Below, piece by piece: positions 51,736 through 64,000 of a stretch of 64,000 bases of DNA; the first letter of the stretch is position 1, and the number at the start of each line of letters is the position of its first letter. Location of the stretch: NCBI GenBank assembly GCA_951406725.2, contig OX597830.1, forward strand, positions 68,572,001 through 68,636,000. The letters run 5' to 3'. The translations under genes were made by a program, and so were the position numbers. The DNA comes from Octopus vulgaris. Its lineage: Eukaryota. Under the pieces are notes generated by a model, which was not told the origin of the DNA, did no database searches, and saw nothing but the letters and a program-made list of their open reading frames with translations.

Positions 51736-51984
51736 CACACACATATATATAGTTGAAATTTACAGAAAAACAAAAGATGAAGACAGGTGTATAAACAACA
51801 AGCTGGTGTTTTAGTTTGACACTCAGGAAGGTGATAAAGTCTTTTATATTTTGAGCATATGCTCTTCAACAGAAAGGATCATGAGGAAATAAACAGAGAG
51901 AGAATAAAAATAACTTTTGGAGTTAGCAGTCATATATATATAATATATATATATTATGAATTGCAAAATAGTGATTTTTCTCTA

Positions 51985-52019
<35 letters not shown>

Positions 52020-52513
52020 TTACCCCTCCGCAAAAAAATTTTATTTAATTCATTTTGCGGGAAGGACTGCTTCGGCCGGATCGTGTTCTGCCCTTACCTT
52101 CGAAACACGCATTGAGTCGAAACAGGGGCAGCTGAAGAAGGGGAATGTTCCTTGCGTTGGTTGTCTTGTACTCTGTTTTTTCGTTGTTAAAAAAAAGTCC
52201 GATTCCTTGTTTGGTTTTATGTTTTTGTTTCTCGTTGTGTTCTAAGTTTATTTGTGGTGTCCTGTACTCATATATGCATGTATATATACATATAGATGTA
52301 GGTATGAACATATATGTATGTATGTATGCATATGTTTTATTTATTAAATTGTTATTATATGATTGAACGCACGCGTCGTTTTTCTTCTTCTTCTTCCAAG
52401 TAAGTTATTATTTCAATAATTATGACGTGCACTCTTAACTCTTTACTTGACCTTTCCTCCCTGCCTGTCTGTCTTCCTCTCCTGTTTCTCCTTATTTTTG
52501 ACCCTTTCTGGTT

Positions 52514-52550
<37 letters not shown>

Positions 52551-52744
52551 TCCTTCTCTCTCTCACTCCTCTCTCTCTCTTTCTCTCTCTCTCACTCCTC
52601 CTCCTCCTCTCTCTGGCCGCTGACTGGAGGGCTACCAACTTTCTTTCTGCCCGCTGCTTTCAACAAGTCAACATCGGCTTTCTTCTGTCTTACGCAAGCC
52701 AATCTTCAACATGCGTTCTGACAAATGATGTGAATGTGTTTAAG

Positions 52745-52882
52745 GCACTGTAACTTAGCAGCTTGGCAAAGGTGACCAATAACATAAGTTCCAGGCTTTA
52801 AAATAATAAAGCCTGGGGTCAATTCACTAAACTAAAACATTTCAATGTAGTGCCACAGCATGGTCACAGTCAAATGACTGAA

Positions 52883-52885
<3 letters not shown>
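52745..52885 (+). mobile_element. SINE family A 3' fragment
   Basis: gtaacttagc...cagcatggtcacagtcaaatgactgaaa. Confidence 0.7.
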
Positions 52886-52918
<33 letters not shown>

Positions 52919-52972
52919 TGTTTTTGTATGTGTAAATATCCTATTTGACTGTGTTTTCTACTTATATTTCAG

Positions 52973-53218
52973 ATGTTAACAAAACATTCTCTGTCAATTT
53001 GGTCAAAATTCAAGAAGTACATCGAAAGTGCTTGGAACATTATCGATGTTATAACTATTGTATTGTTCATCCTTGGATACATTCTTCGATTGCTGGATGT
53101 GGCGGAGACTGCGAGAGTGATATTCTGTTTAAATTTGATCTCTTTTTACATCCGGTTTCTTCATATGTTCTCAATTGACAAAAATCTTGGACCAAAACTT
53201 ATAATGATTAAGGAAATG
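52973..53218 (+). CDS. TRPM: TRPM exon S3-S4 and S4-S5 linker: MLTKHS...WNIIDV...YIRFLHMFSIDKNLGPKLIMIKEM
   Basis: tttcag acceptor, gtaagt donor, 246 nt, phase 0-0; WNxxD and LGPKLIMI motifs. Confidence 0.96.
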
Positions 53219-55591
53219 GTAAGTTATGAGACTGAATTTTTTTCAGCTCAGTAAATCAGTTGTACCCTCTTCATCTGCAACCTGCATCTATGACTCCCTC
53301 ATTTCTCTTTCATGGTCCTCTCATTTACCTGATCCTGTCAAAGTATTAAGCCCATGTTAACATGGAAAAACAGTTATTACTTGATAATGCAGTCAAAAAA
53401 ATAAACTATTATTTTCCAATTTTATTTGTGTACTCTTCTGTAACTTTACAGGTACTAGATAGTAATGAGAACAATGAACTGAGACACTAAAAGAAAAAAT
53501 GATAATAACTGTATTGTGAGAAAGATAATTACAAAGACAAAACTAGTGAAGTGTTAGAGAAAGACACAATATTATTTTATGATTATTTTAATAAATAAGT
53601 TTGATTACACATGAACTCTATTCAAATTAATGTCAACATGGACTGGTTCATGTTGGTGAGAGGAAAAGACAATTCCCATCTTCTGCTGGTTTTTAATGTA
53701 TTCCATCAACCCTCCTCCAAAATAGATTTTTTTTTTTTACACTTAATCTAGAAATTGTTCATATTGACTGCATTATTAAAATAATACTTTCCTGATTCTT
53801 TCTGATATATTTTGATAATGTGACTGAGAAGATATAAATTATAAACACATAAAACACAAATACTAAAACTTCCATGGTTCCTGTTTTGCACAGTAACTTT
53901 TGTTTTAAAGATGTTGGCCTTTTTTCTGTTTTTTTTTCTTTTCTTAGTCTAATGTTGCCCTTGACAACATCAAATTTCCTAGAGGTTGTATGTACTGCTG
54001 TTCTTTTTGGTAAATTCTATAACTTTAGGCTAAAATTTTGTACGGATTTAAACGATGGGGTGCCCAGAGCACTTCAAGTTCAGTGGACCTCTTATACACA
54101 AGGAAGCATCTAAGAAAATTACCATATTTAAACCTCAAAACCATCTATTTCAAGTCATTGAATTTGATGAGTTAGCAGAGAAAGTCTAAATAAATGACTA
54201 AAAATGTCACTTTATAGATACACATTTCCAAAATTCAAATTTTGTTTTTCACACATCCACTTGCGGCAGTAGTTTTCCTTCATTGCAAAAAGTACAATTA
54301 AAGAGGGAAAAGGTGGGTAAGATGTTTTTCTTTTAACATAAGATACAAATGTTTCAGAATGTAGAATAAGATAAAATTACAGAAAATTATGAAAAAGAAA
54401 GAAAAATCATTTTCATAGTTGTTGCTTTTCCAAAGGCATGATGAATGGGTGTGTATGTGTGAGAGAGAGAGTGTGGTGGGGAGAAGACACCAACATTTAG
54501 AAGACAGATTTTTAAAAAATTCTTTTAAAATGACTTTTCTTCATTATTTTGCCATGTGTGGGGAAAAAAAGGGGGCGAAATTCAAACAGCTATTTCCTAA
54601 AGTCTGCTTTTCCAGTTGCCAGAAGAGGGTGGGGCACAATGAGTAATATTTACTGCACTTTTGACTTTGAAGAAAATATATTTTTTATAAATATTCACAT
54701 ACAATAATTATATGAGCTAAATAAAAACCTTCTTTAAATGCAGTACAATTTATAACATATAGAACACTACCTCAGAAAATTATAACTTTTCTTTTTGAGT
54801 ATACAGAAAACAAATTCAGGCGGGGCAAAATGAATAAGACAAGATAAGGTAAATTTGCCTGTAGAGTTGTCCGGAACTACATTTGAAAAAAGAGTTATAC
54901 ACATAAGCATCCATCCTTAGACATCAAACAGATCAGAAATGCAACAAATTTGAAATATCTTGGACAAATGAAAGAGGATCATAGAAAAATAGCACATGAT
55001 ATGAAATTAATGAAACTCAATGAAATCTAAAAATTCAACAAAAAATATTCTGTGTAGCTTTTTCAAAAATTATAGATATTTTATGAGCTACTTCAATTAC
55101 AGTTGGGTCAAATTTGAGGAAAAATTTCTTGAAAATAAACACCTGTCACCTATGTTTGAAAGTTTCCACTTCAACAACAATTATGTAAACTATACTGACC
55201 AATTTTTATTCCCAACAACGTAACCTCTACCGACCAAATTTTATTCCCAAAGATTATGCAATGGTACAAAATGTGAAAAAGTAACAAGAAATCAGAAATT
55301 ATTCATTTTGTCCCACTTCCATATAGTACTTCTAAGTGTTTGACAAAATGACAAAAAATATAGGAAAAAATAAGTAAAAAAAAAAGGGTTCAATTTAATG
55401 AAATACATTTGAATGTATATGCAATAATTCTAAAGTCAAAAAAGAATGCTTTTAGCTGTTGAAAGATGTAATTTATAATATATACAATTAAAGCTAAATT
55501 CAAAATTTAAATTTTGTTACATATTTATTTACTTGTTTCATAAAATAGAACCAGTTTTCAATGCCTCACAGAAATAAGTTTAGAAGTAGAA

Positions 55592-55627
<36 letters not shown>

Positions 55628-55841
55628 ACGCACACATGTGCACTTTTAACTGCAAATGGTCAACCAAAGTTCATTTGCTCAGTCATGTGTCAAAAGAAGG
55701 AATTTGGCCTAGAGACAATAATTTCTTTCTATCAATCTCTTTATTTTTATATACATTCATACTTACACACTCACACACAAACACACATATACTCACTGAT
55801 ACATACATATACATACATACATACATACATACATACATACA

Positions 55842-55873
<32 letters not shown>

Positions 55874-56917
55874 CATATATAAATACATACATACATTTCT
55901 AGGAGTGTTCTGTTGTTTCCCTTTTCTTTGTTGTCTCAAAAGCAGCTTACAATTCCCTTGAGAATTGTAAGCTGCTTTGAGACTGAAGCAGCTTAATTAA
56001 TTGTATTAATTAGTGTCTCCAATGTGGCAAAATCTGCCTCACAGAGGCAATGAGAAATGACTGAGATCCTTGGCATTGTTGTGCTTGAAAATAAAACCCA
56101 TCAAGCCAAGTAAAATTGCAGTTGCTGCAGATGCTGGTGTCATGCATATGGCACCCTTGCTAGTGGCATGTAAAAGCATCCATTACCCTCTTGGTGTTAG
56201 GAAGAGCATCCAGTTGCAGAAACCATGCCAAATCAGACTGGAGTTTGGTGCAGCCTTCTAGTTTGCTAGCTATGGTCAATCCATCCAACTCATACCAGCA
56301 TAGACGATGGACAATGAATGATGATGATGATGATTTATCATAAAAGAGAACCCATCAATTTTTTAAGAAGTCAAACTACCCTTGTATATTCAAACTGAGC
56401 CTCTTCATGCCTGAGTGTTACATACCCTTCTTAGCAGGCAGCTCCCAATATCTAACAGACGCCCAGGGCAGTTGCCCACTCTACCCCACTATAAATCCGG
56501 CCTTGACTGTGAGCAATCATTTTTTTCTTTTTACTTTTATGTTTTCATTATTTGTTCCTCAACATGTTTATTATTTTCACTTCAACGTGTATGCTGAACA
56601 TTTTTCACTTGTATCATGTCTGTAATGCAATTTTCAAGCTACATACCACCAAAATACAAACACAATATCCTGCTATACATACTGTGGCATTAAACTGTAT
56701 ATTTTAGTCATTACATGTCTCAGGGTCACTGCCTTTGATATCTTCATTTGCACAAGTTTATGCTGAATATATATATATATATATATATAATATAATATAT
56801 TATATATTTCCAACCCATCTAGCATAAAAACGGACGCTAAATGTTTCATGATGATGATGATGATGATTCATGATGATTATATATATATATATATATCTAT
56901 ATATTTTACTATTTTAC

Positions 56918-57153
56918 TATTTTACTTGTTTCAGTCATTTGACTGCAGCCATGCTGGAGCACCGCCTTTAATCGAGCAACTCGACCCCGGGACTTATTCT
57001 TTTGTAAGCCCAGTACTTATTCTATCGGTCTCTTTTGCTGAACCGCTAAGTAACGGGGGGACATAAACACACCAGCATCGGTTGTCAAGCAATGCTAGGG
57101 GGACAAACACAGACACAAACACACACGCATAGTGCACCTGAGCACTGTACACA

Positions 57154-57186
<33 letters not shown>

Positions 57187-57360
57187 TATACATATATACG
57201 ATGGGCTTCTTTCAGTTTCCGTCTACCAAATCCACTCACAAAGCTTTGGTCGGCCCGAGGCTATAGTAGAAGACACTTGCCCAAGGTGCCACGCAGTGGG
57301 ACTGAACCCGGAACCATGTGGTTGGTAAACAAGCTACTTACCACACAGCCACTCCTGCGC
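56918..57360 (-). mobile_element. tRNA-derived SINE, family A, full length
   Basis: Head ggagtggctgtgtggtaag...ggttccgggttcagtccc (A/B boxes) and gactgaaacaagtaaaa tail. Confidence 0.9.
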
Positions 57361-58895
57361 CTATCTTTACCCATACTATTCCCTCTCCTCTCCCAAATTA
57401 TCGCCCTGATTTTCTATATCTAATTTCTTGCATGATACCAGAGCAAATAATGTGAGTCTGTGTGTGTGTGTGTTTGGATGTATATACTGCCATCATCTTC
57501 CTCATCATTATCTTCATCATCATCATCATTACCTTTAATGTTTCAATGTCCACTCTGCCATGCTTGCATGTCTTACACAGAATTCATGGAAGCATATTTC
57601 CTACAGGATGATTCTTTTCCTGTCACCAACCCTTATCTGTTTTCATTACATATTTTCAGATAAGACACACACACATACACACAAGCTTCTTTCAGTTTCC
57701 ATTTACACATAGTTTTAGTTTTATTTTCCAAGAGTAGGAAATGCTAACTCAGCTTGAATTGTCACAATTAGTAACCAAGGGTAAATTATGTTGAAAGATG
57801 GAAATTGATATTGAAGAATTATCTATACATTACCAAGAATGAAATAATTTGAAAATGAGATTCAGATGTGTCTCTGGAAGTAATGGAAGTAAGAATGTGA
57901 TGTGTCAAATGACTGCTGTTTATGAGTTCAGATTATCGGTAGCTATCAATGTAGTAATAAACCAGCCATATCCAGCCCAAATATTCTACTTCTTTTATAT
58001 TCAAACAAGCCAGATCTGGCTTTTCACACCTACTCAACAATGTGATTCTAGAAATAAACAATTATATCATCAAAATTTTGAAGCTAGGAGATAATGCATG
58101 ATTAATTCAAAACAATGTGACTAAATAAGCATTACATTTGCCAAATTAATCTGACTGCTAAAGGATGAAGAGTAAGATATCTGGTGAGCAGTAAATAAAA
58201 GTTTACTAATCAGGTGGATGGGAAGCAGGGTTTGTTAACCTCTGGGACAATAGTTCAAAGACTTCATAGAAACTGGAAAATGCAGTCAATTGTGCCATTT
58301 TATAACTAAATGCTTGTCTCTTTTATAAATCTGTTTATAAAATATTAAACTATTAGAAAGCCATATTTTCATAATTTATCTAAAGAGGTATTTCTTCAGA
58401 TTTTATCGGTTATGTATTATCAGACATGTATTTTCGCTACCGCAATCCTACACAGGGATTTTATTGAGACACTTTTAAAGCCAAATCATTCAGCACCATT
58501 TTAATTTATAAGCTGAGATGTGAAGTGAAAAACAAGGATGAGAGATTTTTAACATTTTTCTTAGCAGTTGCTATAGCAGCATTTGATATAGTATTTACTA
58601 AAGCAATTACAATATAAGAAAACTTCCAAAACAGATTTTTGAATACTTGTTCCAGAAGGGAAACAATAAAAGTTTAGGAGCATTCAGTTCAACCACTAAT
58701 TATCATAATTGTGGAGGTTCTCTCCATTACATCCACCACAGTAAAGAAAAAATCAAATATTAATTAAATCTCACTTTGAATAGAATATCTTTTAACTTGA
58801 TAGTTTGTTATTTTGTAATGTTAAATGCATCAATTAATATTAACTTAACAAATAGTTAATTGTCTCTGCTTTACAACAAAATTATTTATCTTCAG

Positions 58896-59070
58896 ATGCG
58901 AGACCTTGGATATTTTGCCATGATTTTGTTTACTTTCATGACTGCCTTTGGCATTGCTACCCAATCAATTCTCAATCCAAGTACACCGGCTTCATTTGAC
59001 TTGTTTAAAGAAGTATTTAGAAAAGCATATTTTCTTATATATGCAGAACTTTTTCTTGAAGAATATGAAG
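58896..59070 (+). CDS. TRPM: TRPM exon S5, pore helix and filter: MRDLGYFAMILFTFMTAFGIATQSILNP...AYFLIYAELFLEEYE
   Basis: ttcag acceptor, gtaaac donor, phase 0 to 1; FGxAxQxILxP motif and pore helix. Confidence 0.95.
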
Positions 59071-59544
59071 GTAAACAAATTTGATATATTTTTCAATTTC
59101 TGTTTGGGGAATTGGCAGAAACAATGGCTTGCAAACATATTCTTGAGTTTCATTAGGAAAAGTAATTTTCTAATTTGGTGGAATGTATTAGCAGAAATTG
59201 TAAATATAGTTTTAAAGAATATATTTTTACCCTCTAAATTCTCAGATGAAATCATGTCTGATTCAACTTTGCTTTTATCCATCTGTTATCAATACATTAA
59301 GTTCTTGTATTATTTAGGATTTGATTCAATCTAGACAAAATCCGCCCATGTGCTTTGAGAAAATAAATTTTTATATTTTCTATTTTTGACAATATTTTGG
59401 ATAACATGACCAATAACATCCAATTGTAATGCCTTTTACATGCTCCATTCAAGAAGAAATGTTTTGTTCTGTTACCTAATTGCAGTTGATACAAGAAAAT
59501 GAAAAGGAATATGTCATTTGAAACTTTTGACTCCATATTTAATA

Positions 59545-59629
59545 AGTTATCATAATCATCATTATCATCATCATCATCATCATCGATGATGATGATAACA
59601 ATAATCATAGAAATATTCAATAATAATGA

Positions 59630-59680
<51 letters not shown>

Positions 59681-59710
59681 TAATAATAATAATAATTATA
59701 ATAATAATCC
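59545..59710. repeat. Compound (CAT)n/(AAT)n microsatellite
   Basis: Directly visible. Confidence 0.9.
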
Positions 59711-60465
59711 TTTCTTTTATTGGCACAAGGCTTGAAATTTGAGAGGAGGGGGTTAGTCAATTACATTGACCCCAGTGTCTCACTGATACCCAATTTATCA
59801 ATCCTGGAAGGATGAAAGGCAAAGTCAACCTCAGCGGCATTTAAAGTCAGAACATAGCGATGGACAAAATACCATGATGCATTTTGTTCAGCGTGCTAAT
59901 GATTCTGCCAGCATACCACCTTAATAACAACAACAATAATATCACTTCTGATCTTGACTGATTGGAAGTGTTATCATGTACATTGTTTTGTCTTGATATA
60001 AAAGATGGCCTACAGCAAATAATCTGCTCAATACAACAGACGTGCTTGTCAGTTGTTTGACCATAACCAGTTGAGTATGTCCCTTAGTTGCTGGCAATAT
60101 TGTGCATCTTTGATCATCAGCAGAAGTAGTGGGGGTGCATCATAGCCATGTGCTGAGAGGAATTATTTGGGGTTTGGATAATTCACCTCTGGAAACACAG
60201 GTGTTTCATTCAACATCCTTGAACAACCCTTATTCAAGGACCTTCTAAGTGGGATGGGCTACTTGACCGGAAGAATATTCTAACTAAGCCTCACCTGCAA
60301 GGTCATGCTCAGCTTAATTTAATATAAGATAACCATGTTGCGTGCATATGATTGTGATGCATGTGCCTGGTGTACCCTTATCAGATGGGGAGTCATGATG
60401 GATATACTGGGCTTCATATACTTTACCCCAGTATCACTTTGATGGCATGCACTGCTCTCTCACTC

Positions 60466-60498
<33 letters not shown>

Positions 60499-60935
60499 CC
60501 TTTCTATTATAGGCAAAAGGCCTGGATTTTTTAGTGGGTGGGACAGTTGATCACATCGACTCCAGTACTCAACTAGTACCTAATTAATCAACCCTGGAAG
60601 GATGAAAGGCAAAGTTGACCTCAGAAGAATTTTAATCCAGAGCATGAACAAAATACTGCAAATCATTTTGTCCAACATGTTGATGATTCTGCCTGCTTAC
60701 CATAGTAATAGTAATGATAATAACAATAATCCTTTCTATTATAAGAACAAGGCCTGGACTTTGGTCGGAAGAGAACTAGTTGATTACATTGACCCCAGTG
60801 TTTCACTGGTTCTTAATTTATCAATCCCAAAAGGATAAAAGGCAAAGTTGACCTCAGTGGAATCTGAACCCAGATCATGAACAAAATTCCACAAAGCACT
60901 TTGCTCAGCATGGTAATGATTCTGCCAGCTTGCCA
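59700..60935 (-). mobile_element. Cluster of three family B SINEs (59700-59922, 60490-60700, 60720-60935) around an unclassified ~520-bp segment
   Basis: aatcctttc..caaggc..gaccccag..gatgaaaggcaaagt.gacctc repeated three times, each next to AAT repeats. Confidence 0.75.
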
Positions 60936-60939
60936 TAAT

Positions 60940-63250
60940 AATTACAGATCAATAACATGCCTATCAACATCCCACAAAACCCTAACATCAGTCATCTATA
61001 ACCAGCTTATAAAGTACCTGGAAAATGACAATGTTTTAGCAGAAGTGCAAAAAAGGGTGCCAGAGAGGGATGTATGTTTGTAAAGAGCAACTTCTAGTAA
61101 ACCAAGCCATAATAGAGAACTGTAAGAAGAAAAAGACAAACATGAACATGACTTGAATTGATTACCAGAAAGCATTCCACAGTGTTCCACACTCATAGAT
61201 ACTGGAATCCATCCACACAAATATGGTACTACACTACCACTACTAAAATATATTAAACATGCAATGGCAAACTTGAAAACCAGTATAACATTAAAAAATG
61301 ACTCACAAGTTATTAAAACCTACCCTGTACCCATAAGAAGAGAGATTTCCCAGGGAGACTTACAGTCACCCCTGCTTTTCTGTCTTTCTCTGACCCCACT
61401 AACAAACTTGTAAAACAAAATCACCATGGGTTTAGGTGCTATGGACAAAAAATAAGCCATCTCCTGTACACGGATGACCTAAAACATTTTGCTAAAAGCA
61501 CCATGGAACAGAGAAACCTTGTCAAAATTGTTCAGAGTTTCAGCAATGACATCGGAATGAGATTGGGCTGGACAAATGTGCCAAAATCACACTGAGAAAA
61601 AGCAAATTATTCAGTACTGAAAACACTGCACTTAACATAGAAACAGAAACTAGAGAATCAGATTACAAGCACCCATACAAATATCTAAGAATAGACAAAA
61701 GGGCAAAATTACAACACAGAAATGAAAGAGAAAATTTGGAGAGAATATTACAGAAGAGTTAGACTAATATTAAACATTGAACTTAATAAGATAATGGGGA
61801 TAAGCATGCTAGCCATACCAGTTGTAAATTACAGTTTTGATGTAATAAGCTGGAAGGCTAGTGAATTGAGAAACCTAGATAGAAAAACCAGAAAACTACT
61901 AACAACATACCAGTCACAACCCCAAAGCAGATGCAGAAAGGATATATCTACCCCATTCAGAAGGAGACCATGGTCTTATACAGATAGGGAATTACTATAA
62001 AATAACAACAGTTAGATTGCAGATAATGGAAGACTACTGCATGTAGTAAAGCAACACGAGAAAAAGAAAATGCCTTTCTCTATAAACAAGGAGGCAACAA
62101 AATACAAAACAGAAACAAACTAATCTGACACAGTGACCTCAGGTGACAACATAGCAGAAATGGTCAAAGGGACAAAAAACAACATGAAAACTGAATTACG
62201 AAAGATACTCAAGAAAAAATGGAGAGAAAAATCACTTCATGACAGAGATAAGTGGACCGAAGTAAAGGCCAACAATGGCTCAAAAGCTCTGGACTTGAAA
62301 ACTGAAACAGAAGGACTGATTCTTGCTGCACAAGATCAATACCTGACTACAATTATCAAAACAAAATAATGAAAAAAAGGCTTCAACACCAAATGCAGAA
62401 TGTGCAACCAGCACAATGAGAAAGTTGACATCATTTTGTGATGCTCAGTCCTTGCCAAGTATGAATATATATATAGACACAACAGAGTAACCAGTTACAT
62501 CCACTGGACAATATGCCAACATTACAGCATCAAAACTGACTACAGGTGGTATTAACATGTGCCAAGCAAGGCCACAATCATCTGGGATATGCTGGTTCAA
62601 ACTAACAAAAAAAAAATAAAACTGAATCTCCCAGACATAATAGTCAAGGATTGGGAAAAAAACATCTGCTTACTGATAGACATTGTGGTCCCTTCTGATC
62701 AAAATATTGTCAAAAATGAAGTGGAAAAGTTGTCAAAGTACAAAGACCACGAAATTGATGTATTCAAAATGTGGTGTATACCAATGATAGAATATTGGGC
62801 ATGATAAAAGAAGATATGAACAAAAACTTAGAAGCTATACTTAGATCCTCAACACTACACACTGTCGAAAAAATAGCCTTGCTGGGAACAGTCCACATCC
62901 GATGCAAGACACTATCAATCTAGTAATACAATCTAAACAAAACAACCCACAAATACTAGATACACTCTATACAGCATTTATCCAGTGAAATAAACCCCCA
63001 CCAGCAAGTTAAGGTACCAAACCATTCCACACTCAACACACAATACAAGCAGTAACATGACAAAAGACAGCACCACGCTTTAAAGAAAAGAAAAACTAAC
63101 AAAATAAAGTACCGGAAAGAGCTTGCACACCCCCAACAGCAGAAAAGAACACACACTACTATACAGTCCTGCAACAAGGAGGAGTAGCAGGTGATGCAAT
63201 AGAAATTTACCTCAATCTATGAAATATGGAACAATTAAATAATAATAATA
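60940..63250 (+). mobile_element. 5'-truncated R4/Dong-clade LINE (RT plus restriction-like endonuclease), degenerate
   Basis: NYRSITCL, IDYQKAF, QGD..SPLLF, HLLYTDDLK, GLILAAQDQ, CRMC, RHN, PDII..LLIDI..P, EKLSKY, ALLGT; (AAT)n tail. Confidence 0.9.
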
Positions 63251-63508
63251 AAATTTTGGGGGAAGGGATTGTTGATTACATCAACTCCAGTGTTTCACTG
63301 CTACCTAAGTTATAATAATTTTCTACAATAGAGAATTCATGCAAGAGTACCAGGCTCTAATTTTATTACTGTTTGATAATAACTCACAAAGATCATGTTG
63401 CCAACACCTTACTTAGAGGAAGAGTTCTTAAGTAAAAGTTTAAGATGCTATTACAGTATTATTATAATTGTTAAGATATCTAATGTCTTTTCATTTGCTT
63501 TGTTTCAG

Positions 63509-63641
63509 GAAATCCCAATTGTAAGGAAAACAACAGCACATGTCCCACTGAAATCACTACTTATAGCGCAATAATTTTGATGTGTATATATGTTTTACTA
63601 ACAAATATTTTACTTCTCAATCTATTAATTGCCATGTTTAG
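63509..63641 (+). CDS. TRPM: TRPM exon outer pore loop and S6: GNPNCKENNSTCPTEITTYSAIILMCIYVLLTNILLLNLLIAMF
   Basis: tttcag acceptor, gtaaga donor, phase 1 to 2; NILLLNLLIAMF is the TRP S6 signature; gene continues past the window. Confidence 0.96.
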
Positions 63642-64000
63642 GTAAGAACTTTTATTTTACATGTGTATGAGTGTGTGTGCTAATTAAGACTTAGTATGAG
63701 GTAACATACGTTAATGGATTTCATTGTTAAATAATTGAAATGTAATCAAAATGGAAACATAAGATAAAACTTTTAACCCATATTCTTCACACACCCACCA
63801 TCCACTGCTGAACTCTCTTCCATTCTCCCTCACGTACCTATCCACACACACTGCATGCCTTCACATATTTACCATACCCACCTCCCAACTTCTCCAATTC
63901 CACTTAACAGCTCTTGCTATTTTTTGGTATCTCAAAGCATCTCCCCTCACACTCTTAAGGAACATCCCCATCTTTCCCCTCTATGCGACTTATACAACCC

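Noticed and set aside
51836-51880. Minus-strand UUGAAGA-GCAUAUGCUC-AAAA hammerhead-like remnant
   Set aside because: C3 and G12 both altered and stems I and III not supportable; at most a relic
52055-52155. gaagg..ccttcGAAAC..GTC followed by CTGAAGA
   Set aside because: Core halves cannot be assembled with a valid stem I in type I or type II order; possibly a truncated relic
57290-57360. tRNA-like A/B boxes
   Set aside because: SINE head without a cloverleaf or acceptor stem; not a tRNA gene

Overview
This is AT-rich, microsatellite-dense metazoan DNA. The SINE/LINE repertoire suggests a coleoid cephalopod, probably Octopus (inference). The window lies inside one large + strand TRPM-family cation channel gene. 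Eight canonical AG..GT exons can be read: four N-terminal SLOG/MHR1-2 exons (5007-14037) and four S1-S6 exons (36161-63641), with consistent phases within each group. The expected MHR3/4 and pre-S1 exons were not found and probably fall in the 100-N gap at 31507-31606. The introns are mostly decayed transposons: a near full-length Tx1-type LINE in a (TC)n tract plus three antisense fragments, two mariners and a mariner-derived foldback MITE, Gypsy remnants, RTE, CR1 and R4/Dong LINEs, Penelope-like GIY-YIG elements and tRNA-derived SINEs. The strongest non-obvious signal is six type I hammerhead ribozyme motifs from three sequence families, linked to Penelope-like or retrozyme-like repeats; four of the five on the TRPM sense strand carry core lesions. 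Also notable are a candidate 18-nt in-frame microexon beside the S2 Ca2+ site, Ala in place of the conserved pore-filter Gly (YAELF), and an internally deleted Dong-like element flanked by (AAT)n. All calls are by eye; no alignments, folding or database searches were run, and transposon boundaries are approximate.
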